Shown: positions 10,949 through 19,724 of the stretch, piece after piece
Position numbering within the stretch: position 1 is the stretch's first letter
How the letters are laid out: each line of letters begins with the position of its first letter
Assembly: GCA_934183185.1 (NCBI GenBank)
Contig: CAKPSO010000001.1
Span: forward strand, 21,846 to 85,845
DNA: 64,000 nucleotides
Reading direction: 5' to 3'
From: an uncultured Bacilli bacterium
GTDB taxonomy: Bacteria; Bacillota_I; Bacilli_A; RF39; UBA660
Notes under the pieces: model-generated
What the model was told of the DNA's origin: nothing
Databases searched by the model: none
What the model saw: only the letters and a program-made list of their open reading frames with translations
Made by a program: the position numbers and the translations under genes

Positions 10949-12274
10949 TCAATAATATTTAACTATTATATCACATTTTTCATTTTTTTGTTTATTAAAT
11001 TTACTTTTCTTAATACCAGGAATCCAAACAATTTCTCCAGTAGCATCAACAACTATTGGCCATAATTCTCTATCACTCATAGGAACTTTAGCATCTATAA
11101 AAATATCCTTAACTTTCTTATGTCCATTAGTACCCTTTAGAAACATCTTATCTCCATACTTACGTGTACGAACATATAACGGTAGGTTAATGTCACTACT
11201 ATCCAATCTACATATATCATTACCATTAGTATCACATGAAGTAACTTTTTCTAAATGCTTACCATTAGGTAAAATAGCATAATCTATAAACTCCATATCA
11301 TAATCATCAACTTCATTAACATCTCTTTTAAAAATAAGTCTACTATATTCTTTTATAACTTTAACAGAGTTAGGTAGATAAATGTATGTATTCTTTTTCT
11401 TAGAGTTAATTAAATTATGTATCAACTCAACATGACGATCATTAATAAGTATTAAATCATCATGATAAATTTCTTCCAAAATCTGATTTAAGATTTTCTC
11501 CTGAATAAATGGATCTAACTCCATATATAAATCAATATTTAGTATGTTATCTTTATATACTTTTAAATAAGCCTTTTTAACTTGCAAAGTAATATATTGA
11601 TCACATTTTTCAAGCATTCTACTAAATTTTAAAAATTTTTCATGTACGTGTATATCTTCTTTCTTTAAGAAAGGTAACATTTCCATACGATAACGATTTC
11701 TAGTATACTTACCTTTATAATTAGATTGGTCTATAACGAAAGGTATCTTCTTTTTATTATCAAAATCTTCAAGTTCTTGTTTAGTAACATAAATAAGTGG
11801 TCTAACTAACTTATAAGTATTCATATCTACTACTTGACTAAATCCACTATAACCCTTTAGTGTAGAACCACGTGTAAGCCTCATTAGTATTGTTTCAACT
11901 AAATCATCTCCATGATGAGCAGTCATCAAATAGTTAGCATTATATTTCTGTACAATTTCATCAAAATAATGATAACGAATATTTCTTGCTTCATTATGAA
12001 AATTATCATCACTATATTTTTCAATCATCATACTTTCAAATGCTATATTATGTTTTAAACACCAATCTTCAAGAAATTCTTTTTCCTCTTTACTAACTTT
12101 TCTAACGTTATGATTAACATGACAGCATACTAAATGTATATCTTTCTTTTTACGTATATCATATAAAATATAAAGTAGGGCCATAGAATCAGGTCCACCT
12201 GATACTCCAACCACAATAATATCTCCATCTTTAAGACGCAATTCATTATTTAAAAAATCATAAACTTTATTCAT
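10949..12274 (-). CDS. tilS: tRNA(Ile)-lysidine synthetase
   Basis: PP-loop SGGPDS motif near the N-terminus. Length and C-terminal domain typical of TilS. Start moved to the ATG at 12274, which has an AGGTGA RBS. hpt, which usually lies between tilS and ftsH, is absent. Confidence 0.85.
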   Translation of the reverse strand: MNKVYDFLNNELRLKDGDIIVVGVSGGPDSMALLYILYDIRKKKDIHLVCCHVNHNVRKVSKEEKEFLEDWCLKHNIAFESMMIEKYSDDNFHNEARNIRYHYFDEIVQKYNANYLMTAHHGDDLVETILMRLTRGSTLKGYSGFSQVVDMNTYKLVRPLIYVTKQELEDFDNKKKIPFVIDQSNYKGKYTRNRYRMEMLPFLKKEDIHVHEKFLKFSRMLEKCDQYITLQVKKAYLKVYKDNILNIDLYMELDPFIQEKILNQILEEIYHDDLILINDRHVELIHNLINSKKKNTYIYLPNSVKVIKEYSRLIFKRDVNEVDDYDMEFIDYAILPNGKHLEKVTSCDTNGNDICRLDSSDINLPLYVRTRKYGDKMFLKGTNGHKKVKDIFIDAKVPMSDRELWPIVVDATGEIVWIPGIKKSKFNKQKNEKCDIIVKYY

Positions 12275-12336
12275 TTTCATCACCTAAATTTCATTACATG
12301 AACTATTTTACCACAAACCCAAGAAAAAAGAGAAAT

Positions 12337-12636
12337 TTATTCATTTCCCTCTGGTAATCTTAAAATTATTTCGCCATCTTTTGAATACATGTATTTTTCT
12401 CTTGCATAACGAGCTACATAATCAGGATCTTCTAATCTATTAGTTTCTTCCTTTAATTCAGCCTCTTTTTCACGTAAAGCTAACATTTCTTTTTTTAAGG
12501 TATTACGCTCTTCGTACTTATTAGATATTTCAATCCAATAATTACCAACTGCAGTAAATATTGCAATTATAACTAAAAAACAAACTGGAACAAATAAACA
12601 CAAACGTGCACGAGATTTTTTCTGTTTCTTTGCCAT
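12337..12636 (-). CDS. divIC: Septum formation initiator family protein (FtsB/DivIC-like)
   Basis: 99-aa protein with a basic N-terminus, a single TM helix and then a coiled-coil (KKEMLALREKEAELKEETNRLED). Synteny yabP-yabQ-divIC. Confidence 0.6.
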   Translation of the reverse strand: MAKKQKKSRARLCLFVPVCFLVIIAIFTAVGNYWIEISNKYEERNTLKKEMLALREKEAELKEETNRLEDPDYVARYAREKYMYSKDGEIILRLPEGNE

Positions 12637-12733
12637 AATTATCTACACCCTTCTAAGCTCATTATAATGTTCAAATGACAAAAATACAAGAAATTATATT
12701 GATAACTTTTGTCGTTTACAATAAAAGTGTAAA

Positions 12734-13009
12734 TTATTTATATCTAATTTTAAAACTGAATATATTTCCAACTAAATATCCTATCAAAACTAAAAGATAA
12801 AAATATGGATGTAAAACAGCATTATTAATAGTTTTCATACTGATAAAATATAATAAGCAAACACCAACTACTACCACAAAATTCCAAATAATTTGATAAA
12901 CTAATTTACCATAAAACAAATGATGATAACAGAGATTAATCACATATGAAACAATAAATCCATAAACAAATGAGAAAACCAAGCTTTGAATTTGTACACT
13001 TAATTCCAT
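12734..13009 (-). CDS. yabQ: Spore cortex biosynthesis protein YabQ-like small membrane protein
   Basis: 91-aa polytopic membrane ORF immediately downstream of yabP and overlapping it (ATGGAATTAA junction), as in the Bacillus yabP-yabQ pair. Confidence 0.5.
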   Translation of the reverse strand: MELSVQIQSLVFSFVYGFIVSYVINLCYHHLFYGKLVYQIIWNFVVVVGVCLLYFISMKTINNAVLHPYFYLLVLIGYLVGNIFSFKIRYK

Positions 13010-13299
13010 TATTTAAATAGCCTACTAATAATACTAGATTCTTTTTCTTTTTTAGTAGTGTCATCTACATACGCAAAGGATTTAACTAAACCTTTAATTG
13101 ATACATTTCCCTGAAGAGTATCAAGTTTTAATAGTTCCAAATCTTCTCCCTTAATTACTAAATATCCCATTACAGTTTCCATTAAAAATTCTTCATTATC
13201 AAAGCTCTCAATCTTTTTAACTCCAGTTACTAAAATATTCTTTCTTTCAACTATATTAATACTATGATTATAATTATTAATTGTGTTATCCTTGTCCAT
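13009..13299 (-). CDS. yabP: Sporulation protein YabP
   Basis: 96-aa protein. SFDNEEFLMETVMGYLVIKGEDLELLKLDTLQGNVSIKG aligns with the YabP family core (ESFDNEEFLLQTVQG...). Confidence 0.75.
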   Translation of the reverse strand: MDKDNTINNYNHSINIVERKNILVTGVKKIESFDNEEFLMETVMGYLVIKGEDLELLKLDTLQGNVSIKGLVKSFAYVDDTTKKEKESSIISRLFK

Positions 13300-13383
13300 A
13301 TATATATCCTCCTAATAAATAATATGGTACAAATTTCAAACTAGAACAAAAAAAGAACCATAAAGGTTCTGGTACTACTTAAA

Positions 13384-13665
13384 TTATTCTTCAGTTTCAG
13401 TTACAGGATCTTCTGCTTCTTCATAAGCTTTAAGAACTGCTTCTTCAAACATAGAACGAACTTCTGAATTAATTGGATGAGCTATATCTCTATATCCACC
13501 ATTAGGAGTTTTTTTACTAGGCATTGCTATAAATAACCCTTTTTCTCCTTCAATGATACGAATATCATGAATAGCGAAACTATCATCTAATAATACAGAA
13601 GCAATTCCTTTCATTCTTGAACTTTCTTTGTCGATCTTACGAACATTTACAGATGTAATTTTCAT
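13384..13665 (-). CDS. spoVG: Septation protein SpoVG
   Basis: 93 aa. MKITSVNVRKI...GIASVLLDDSFAIHDIRIIEGEKGLFIAMPSKKTPNGGYRDIAHPINSEVR is a near-canonical SpoVG sequence. Confidence 0.9.
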   Translation of the reverse strand: MKITSVNVRKIDKESSRMKGIASVLLDDSFAIHDIRIIEGEKGLFIAMPSKKTPNGGYRDIAHPINSEVRSMFEEAVLKAYEEAEDPVTETEE

Positions 13666-13726
13666 ATGTTACATATCCTCCTTCTAAAGTATTCCAACTT
13701 TATACTTTAATAATATAATATATTAA

Positions 13727-13766
13727 CAAAAAAAGCAACAAAAACTGGTAATATATGACAGTTTTT
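13727..13766 (-). terminator. Rho-independent terminator after veg (9-bp stem CAAAAACUG/CAGUUUUUG, followed by a U-run on the minus strand)
   Basis: Inverted repeat caaaaactg (13738-13746) / cagtttttg (13758-13766) with an A-run at 13727-13733 on the plus strand. Confidence 0.55.
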
Positions 13767-13788
13767 GACTAATAAATACCTGCAAATT

Positions 13789-14004
13789 TTAATTAAGTAC
13801 TATAAGTTTTTTCATAAGTACATCACTATAACTAAAAGATTTAAGAAAATTACTTTCTGCAATCAACACAATAAATATATAATCATATGTTTCAACAATC
13901 TTACCAGAAAATTCTTCTATTTGATTTCTATTACCATTAAAACGAAAATTTAAAGTTTTACCCTTATAATTAGCGACTCTATCTTTAATTTTATCTAAAT
14001 TCAT
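13789..14004 (-). CDS. veg: Veg protein (biofilm/sporulation-associated small protein)
   Basis: MNLDKIKDRVANYKGKTLNFRFNGNRNQIEEFSGKIVETYDYIFIV...SFSYSDVL matches the Veg family (…[21 protein letters not shown]…VSYSYADIL). Start trimmed to the internal ATG. The longer ORF would overlap yabG. Confidence 0.7.
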   Translation of the reverse strand: MNLDKIKDRVANYKGKTLNFRFNGNRNQIEEFSGKIVETYDYIFIVLIAESNFLKSFSYSDVLMKKLIVLN

Positions 14005-14789
14005 CTTGGATACCCCACAAACATACAACCCTTAGTTGCAACACCACCTATTCCATCAGCACCATACTTAGTTTTAGATAATAATGGTATTAAATCAATA
14101 GTTTTATTACGATCATATAAGGCTACTCCACTAGCTATAATAGCTGGATCTAGAGCATGAATATTAATACGTTTAGGACTAGAAGCAAAAGTAGCACCAG
14201 CCTTTATTAACTCTTCATAATTACTTTGACAAGCTCCAGCTACAATTATTAACTTATCTTGATCACGTTCATATTTTCTAGCCTCTAGTACTGCTTCAAC
14301 AAAGTTTTCAGTATTCTTATAACTTGATATATCCTTTATAGAACCTTTCCTTTTATAATATGCATCATGACCAGTAATAACCAATATATCAGGCTTAAGT
14401 TTTTTCAAATAATTAACTATTTCGGACTTAACATCAACTTCATCTAAGCAAGCACCATAAGCCATAATATTAAGTTTCTTATACAAATTCATGCAACGAC
14501 GTAAATAATCTTCATCACCATCAATATGTAAGATTTTTCCTGGTAAATAAAAGTATTCACTACGATCAAGTTGAATATCCTTATCTACCTTAGCTAATAT
14601 AAGTCTATCGTCTTCTACTTCGTTATCACTTTCATTTACCTTATTTAAATCATCAAGATCACTATCAGCAAGCAATCTAATATTAATACCCTTTAAATAA
14701 GCAATATTACCAACTATATCAGTAATCTTAAAGATTAAATCATTATCATGTGAACTTCTAGTAACTAAATCGCCAATATGAAAAAGCAT
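14001..14789 (-). CDS. yabG: Sporulation-specific protease YabG (peptidase U57)
   Basis: MLFHIGDLVTRSS...ITGHDAYYKRKG matches the YabG N-terminus (MQFQIGDMVARKS) and the family core. Start placed at M5 by homology. Confidence 0.8.
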   Translation of the reverse strand: MLFHIGDLVTRSSHDNDLIFKITDIVGNIAYLKGINIRLLADSDLDDLNKVNESDNEVEDDRLILAKVDKDIQLDRSEYFYLPGKILHIDGDEDYLRRCMNLYKKLNIMAYGACLDEVDVKSEIVNYLKKLKPDILVITGHDAYYKRKGSIKDISSYKNTENFVEAVLEARKYERDQDKLIIVAGACQSNYEELIKAGATFASSPKRINIHALDPAIIASGVALYDRNKTIDLIPLLSKTKYGADGIGGVATKGCMFVGYPR

Positions 14790-14841
14790 ATCATCACCCA
14801 TATAATGATATGCCTTTATTTTCTTATTATTACCAAATAAA

Positions 14842-15450
14842 TTATTCTACTTCAAAAAAATCAAAATATTCTCCAAGATAATCACCAGAGTAACTATTAA
14901 CAGTATTACAACTATATCCGCCTGGATGTTCACTAATATATTGATTTCCATATATAATACACTTATTCCTACAATCGCTTTCACTACTACAACTATTAAT
15001 AGGGTTAGTACCATTTAATTCAAAATCAACAGTTTGCCATTTCCATGCTGGTTTATGATAATAATCATATTCACTAATACCCAAATCATCCCAAGGCTTA
15101 ATCTCATTTACTTGATTATTATTTTGAGACGATGAATTATTATTATAACTATTATTATTTGTAGGAGTATTACCTTCATCTTTAGGAATAATTTTATTAT
15201 TATCAGGTTGTGATGAATCAATTTCTTCTTTTTCCACTGAATTCTGTTGATTATTAAAATCAGTTTCAACTTTATCCACTTCATCTGTTGATTTTTCTAT
15301 TTTTTCTGGAGTCAACTGTTCATAACTATTTTCATGACTAGAAACATAATCATGCCTAGAAAAATATAAACACACAATTACTAAACAACTAATAATCACC
15401 ATTAATATAGAAATTATAATAAACATCTTTCTACTCATAATATACCTCAA
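14842..15450 (-). CDS. Hypothetical membrane-anchored protein with an Asn/Ser-rich linker and a Cys-containing C-terminal domain
   Basis: 202 aa. N-terminal TM helix. Low-complexity NNNSYNNNSSSQNNNQ region. Six cysteines in the C-terminal 70 aa. No homology recognised. Confidence 0.45.
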   Translation of the reverse strand: MRYIMSRKMFIIISILMVIISCLVIVCLYFSRHDYVSSHENSYEQLTPEKIEKSTDEVDKVETDFNNQQNSVEKEEIDSSQPDNNKIIPKDEGNTPTNNNSYNNNSSSQNNNQVNEIKPWDDLGISEYDYYHKPAWKWQTVDFELNGTNPINSCSSESDCRNKCIIYGNQYISEHPGGYSCNTVNSYSGDYLGEYFDFFEVE

Positions 15451-16244
15451 ACTAAATTATTACTTATATCACAGAATATATCTACTGATAAATTTTCTGC
15501 TCTAACATTCAAATCAAAATTATATTTGGATAATACTCTAGAAATAGTATCTAAATCATATGTCTTTAAATTATTGCGAAGAGTTTTTCTCTTAAATTGA
15601 AAACTATCTCTTACTAACTTAGTAAATACATTTCTATCTTTAATGTCAACTAAGGTATCTTTTTTATCTAAAGCTAACATCATGCTATCAACATTAGGTT
15701 TAGGTATAAAACAGTTTCTACCAACATCAAATAATTTAGAAACATCAAAATAAGAATTAAGTAATACCGTAATAGAGCCATAATCTTTAGAACCTGGTTT
15801 AGCACTAAACCTATCACCAACCTCTTTTTGGACCATTACTATAACCCTCTCAATATCTAAATTCATATCAATTATCTTTAAAAGTATAGGTGTAGTAATA
15901 TAATATGGTAAGTTGGCAACAATATATAAGTGTTTATAAGAATACTCCTTTAAATCATCTACTACTTTCTGCTCTAAAAAGTCTCCGAAAATAACTTTAA
16001 CATTTGAAATACCAGTTAAATTTTCTTCCAAAACCGGCCTTAGACTTTCATCAATTTCATACGCTATTACATATTTAGCTACTTCAGCAAGTTTTTTAGT
16101 TAAAATACCAGCACCAGGACCTATCTCTATCACTAAAGATTCATCTAATATATTACTTTTACTAACTATCTTATTTGGTATAGAATCATCTCTTAAAAAG
16201 TTTTGTCCATACTTCTTTTTAAATCTAAAATCATCAGTATTCAA
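15447..16244 (-). CDS. rsmA: 16S rRNA (adenine1518/1519-N6)-dimethyltransferase RsmA/KsgA
   Basis: FRFKKKYGQNFL N-terminal signature, SAM-binding VIEIGPGAGILT, and synteny tatD-yabE-ksgA-yabG-veg. Probable TTG start at 16244 with a GGGGGAG RBS. Confidence 0.9.
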   Translation of the reverse strand: MNTDDFRFKKKYGQNFLRDDSIPNKIVSKSNILDESLVIEIGPGAGILTKKLAEVAKYVIAYEIDESLRPVLEENLTGISNVKVIFGDFLEQKVVDDLKEYSYKHLYIVANLPYYITTPILLKIIDMNLDIERVIVMVQKEVGDRFSAKPGSKDYGSITVLLNSYFDVSKLFDVGRNCFIPKPNVDSMMLALDKKDTLVDIKDRNVFTKLVRDSFQFKRKTLRNNLKTYDLDTISRVLSKYNFDLNVRAENLSVDIFCDISNNLV

Positions 16245-16273
16245 AACAAACTCCCCCAATATCTACTAAAATA

Positions 16274-16720
16274 TTATTTACTTACCACTTTATTTTTTCT
16301 TGAAGTAACATCAACAATTATCAAAAATATATTAGAAATAATTAATAGATATAACATTGATTTCATAGGAGCTATAACATCAGCAAAATAATTAAAATTA
16401 ATCTTATATCCAAGTTTTAATATCATAACCATATTACTATCAAAAAAGCTACGATAAGCAGCAAATAATATTACTATAAAAGCAAAACAACAAGTAATAT
16501 TATAAAATAAGCAGTTATTTACAGTTTTCTGTTTAAATATAAAATTTATAAGAAACAAAAATAATAATAGCACAAAAGGTAACATAGTTGGAATACATTC
16601 AAGCATATTTTTTTCTAAACGATTATACATATTCATAATAATATAAAAGCTAATCATAAAACATACTAATAATAATATAAACCTTAATATTGAAAAAAAA
16701 CCATTAATAATCTTAGTCAT
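16274..16720 (-). CDS. Hypothetical small polytopic membrane protein (third gene of the signal-peptidase cluster)
   Basis: About 148 aa with 4 TM helices. AGGAGGTG RBS before the ATG at 16720. Translationally coupled to the upstream gene. Confidence 0.45.
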   Translation of the reverse strand: MTKIINGFFSILRFILLLVCFMISFYIIMNMYNRLEKNMLECIPTMLPFVLLLFLFLINFIFKQKTVNNCLFYNITCCFAFIVILFAAYRSFFDSNMVMILKLGYKINFNYFADVIAPMKSMLYLLIISNIFLIIVDVTSRKNKVVSK

Positions 16721-17411
16721 TAGTAGCACCTCCTACCTCACTATTAAACCAATTAGCTAAATATTCTAAATATAAGCTAGCATCACTATAAGCAGACATT
16801 GTTTCATAGAAGCCATCTCTTACATCATTCTTAACACCAGTATTAGCACTAGAAGTATTAAAATAATAACTACTATTATTTAAAAGATCTTTCTTTAGAT
16901 AAGAGGTTTCACCCTTTAATGTGTTTACATACATTTTTATTAGAGTTTGATTATTCTGTAAAGAAGCAGAAGCTATACCATTTTCACTAGGTGATAAAGC
17001 CCAATATAAACGATTAACTACACAATTACTTAATACTTCATTTTCATATGATTCTCTTAATTTATAAACATCTACCACATTAATTTGAGTATTATTTTTA
17101 ATATTTTCTAAATACGTATTTTTCATAGAAGTAACGCATTGTTTCAAATTATCCTGTACTAATAACATTTTAGCTGAACTAATGTTACCACTATACTTAT
17201 TTACATCAAATGTTCCAAGTTTAGTTTCAATATTAGTTAATCTTTGTTCATACTCATTAACTATAGCAATATCATTTATATTAATTGCATACTGTTTATG
17301 AATCTCCATACTATGAAAAATGTTAACAAACAAATAAAACGATGAAAAAGAAAATACAACTCCTAATAACATATACGCAATTATCTTTAAATACTCTTTT
17401 AAATATTCCAT
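16713..17411 (-). CDS. Hypothetical membrane-anchored extracytoplasmic protein (second gene of the signal-peptidase cluster)
   Basis: Start placed at MEYLKEYLK... (GGGAG RBS, ATG at 17411). One N-terminal TM/signal-anchor helix, then a ~200-aa hydrophilic domain rich in N/S/T/Y. Confidence 0.45.
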   Translation of the reverse strand: MEYLKEYLKIIAYMLLGVVFSFSSFYLFVNIFHSMEIHKQYAININDIAIVNEYEQRLTNIETKLGTFDVNKYSGNISSAKMLLVQDNLKQCVTSMKNTYLENIKNNTQINVVDVYKLRESYENEVLSNCVVNRLYWALSPSENGIASASLQNNQTLIKMYVNTLKGETSYLKKDLLNNSSYYFNTSSANTGVKNDVRDGFYETMSAYSDASLYLEYLANWFNSEVGGATND

Positions 17412-17427
17412 GATTCCACTCCCTCTA

Positions 17428-18138
17428 TCATTTTCTATTATTAATTTCATCTTCCACAATCTTATCATCTATATCAGTAGAAGATAAATTAAGAACACCA
17501 TCTTTAAATTCAGAACCAGACATATCAATCTGTTTATTATTACTTTTATCATCACTATCCTCAGTATTACTATCTTTTTTCTTAACGAGACCGAATAATT
17601 TTAAAATATCAGATCCTATTATACATACACATGGAAGCACAATAGCTACAAGCCAACCAAGTTTACTAGACAAAAATGTCTTTACATAACCAATCATTGG
17701 AATCCTTAATAGTACCTTACCAAGAACTTCACTCTGACGAATTAGTGCCCTATCCTCACTATCATTATTATCCCCTTTTGTACGATAAGCTCGCTCACCA
17801 TCATCAGTTTCTAAAATACCAACAACACGGTGAGTTATTGGAGTACCATGAGTATCAATCTCCTTCGATATAAATGTTATAATATCATATAACTTAATTT
17901 TATTACCTGGCACTCTCATAGTCAAAACTGCATCATACACATTAATATTAGGAACCATACTTGGACTAACAATAACATATGCTCCAAATAGCGGTGATCT
18001 CTGTTCATTATTTTTCTTTCCAATATATTGATCAACAGCATAAGCTAAAAATAATAACACAATAATACCTAGTATCACAAAAAGAGAATATAGAAAGACT
18101 GAAGATAAAAATCGAAAAAATTTCTTCCAACCATTCAT
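17428..18138 (-). CDS. Signal peptidase I, SipW-like (S26 family) with a C-terminal acidic extension
   Basis: N-terminal TM helix followed by SPSMVPNINVYDAVL (S26 catalytic Ser box, compare SGSMEP), a second TM helix near residue 160, and a D/E/S/N-rich tail. The ORF-track TTG start was trimmed to the ATG at 18138 (GGGTGAG RBS). Confidence 0.55.
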   Translation of the reverse strand: MNGWKKFFRFLSSVFLYSLFVILGIIVLLFLAYAVDQYIGKKNNEQRSPLFGAYVIVSPSMVPNINVYDAVLTMRVPGNKIKLYDIITFISKEIDTHGTPITHRVVGILETDDGERAYRTKGDNNDSEDRALIRQSEVLGKVLLRIPMIGYVKTFLSSKLGWLVAIVLPCVCIIGSDILKLFGLVKKKDSNTEDSDDKSNNKQIDMSGSEFKDGVLNLSSTDIDDKIVEDEINNRK

Positions 18139-18239
18139 AATCTCACCCAACCTATATTACCTATCATAAAATATATAATAACATAAAAACAGGAATAAAG
18201 ACAGCAAAAAAGTATAAGAACTGTCAACTTATACTTAAT

Positions 18240-18827
18240 TTACCATCCCCAACGTATAACTTCATATTGAACATTACGCTGTCTACCCACAATATTCATA
18301 TTATCAGATTCAGTAACTAAAAAATCCATTATATTTCCTTTAATTGCTCCACCTCTATCTAACACAATACCAATAATTGCTTCATTAGAAAAGGTAACAT
18401 TAGTAATTTGAACTATCGTACCACAAGGTATAGCAGGATCAGCAGCTAAAATACGTACAGTTCCATATTCAGAATCTTCGTAATAGATATTATTATTACG
18501 CACATCCTGACGAGGAGGGCAACTAACTTTACCAGAACAACCAACACAATTAGCCTTATATGCTGTCATTTGTCCAGTAAATGAAATGGGCATATCTGGA
18601 CCATATTGTTTTGCTTCAGACATATTATTAACCATTTTAACAGTCAATTTTTTTTCATGATTATCATATTTATTAACAATATTCATAGCCTCTATTGACC
18701 TAACACCATTAATATTAGCAATAGTATTACTTTTCTTGGTATTACCAGAAAGCACAATACATAAAAAGCAGAAAACAAAAACAAGAAATAACGATTTAGA
18801 AAGCATAACTTTATAAAACTTTTTCAT
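18240..18827 (-). CDS. 3D-domain protein (YabE/YuiC-like cell-wall-associated protein)
   Basis: Signal peptide/TM helix. The C-terminal GTVRILAADPAIPCGTIVQI...VLDRGGAIKGNIMDFLV matches the 3D (Asp-rich lytic-transglycosylase-like) domain. Synteny next to tatD and ksgA as for B. subtilis yabE. Confidence 0.6.
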   Translation of the reverse strand: MKKFYKVMLSKSLFLVFVFCFLCIVLSGNTKKSNTIANINGVRSIEAMNIVNKYDNHEKKLTVKMVNNMSEAKQYGPDMPISFTGQMTAYKANCVGCSGKVSCPPRQDVRNNNIYYEDSEYGTVRILAADPAIPCGTIVQITNVTFSNEAIIGIVLDRGGAIKGNIMDFLVTESDNMNIVGRQRNVQYEVIRWGW

Positions 18828-18886
18828 AACTCACCCTGCCCCATTTAAATAACCATATCTTATATAACCACACTATACCATAATTA

Positions 18887-19642
18887 TTATAACAAGTCAA
18901 ATAAACTTAGAGCATTATTAGTAGTAATATTACCAACCTCTTCTATAGAAATATGCTTAATATCAGCAATTTTATGAGCTATATAAGGAATATTACTAGA
19001 TTCATTAATCTTCCCCCTATTAGGCTCTGGAGTTAAATAAGGACTATCTGTTTCTAGAACTATACTTTCAAGGGGTATTTCTTCAATTACCTTATATAAC
19101 TTACTATTTTTAAAGGTTACAACACCACCAATACCTAATAAAAAGCCAATATCAATGAACTTTTTAGCCATTTCTAAACTTCCACTAAAGCAATGAATAA
19201 CGCCATGAACCTTATATTTACTAAGTATTTCATAAGTTTCATTAATAGAATCACGACTATGAATAACTACCGGAACATTTAGTTTTTCAGCAATTTCTAA
19301 TTGCTTGCAGAATACTTCTCTCTGTTTTTGCTTATTATCCTTATCCCAATAATAATCAAGTCCAATTTCACCTATGGCTACTATCTTAGAATTATTTTTT
19401 ACCATTTCTTCTAATGTTTCGTAATCTTTTTCCACAATTTTGTTACTAACTTCTGGATGATAACCAATACAAGCATATAAATTCTTATATTTACCCACAA
19501 ATTTAGTGGATAACATAATATCATCCTTCTCACAAAAAGAAGCAATTAACACTTTAACATCTGCATTATCAGCGTTTTTAACATACAAATCTGGCCGCAC
19601 TCCAAAATCATCACCTATATGCATATGAGTATCTATAAACAT
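18887..19642 (-). CDS. tatD: TatD-family metal-dependent DNase/hydrolase
   Basis: MFIDTHMHIGDD N-terminal metal-binding motif, GEIGLDYYW and HSRD motifs. Start moved to the ATG with a GGAGG RBS at 19642. Confidence 0.85.
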   Translation of the reverse strand: MFIDTHMHIGDDFGVRPDLYVKNADNADVKVLIASFCEKDDIMLSTKFVGKYKNLYACIGYHPEVSNKIVEKDYETLEEMVKNNSKIVAIGEIGLDYYWDKDNKQKQREVFCKQLEIAEKLNVPVVIHSRDSINETYEILSKYKVHGVIHCFSGSLEMAKKFIDIGFLLGIGGVVTFKNSKLYKVIEEIPLESIVLETDSPYLTPEPNRGKINESSNIPYIAHKIADIKHISIEEVGNITTNNALSLFDLL

Positions 19643-19724
19643 AGTAAAACCTCCAAACATAATTATACCATAAAAAAGTAGTCAACAAGTAACTACTTAA
19701 AACAATAATACTTTAAATCAAATA

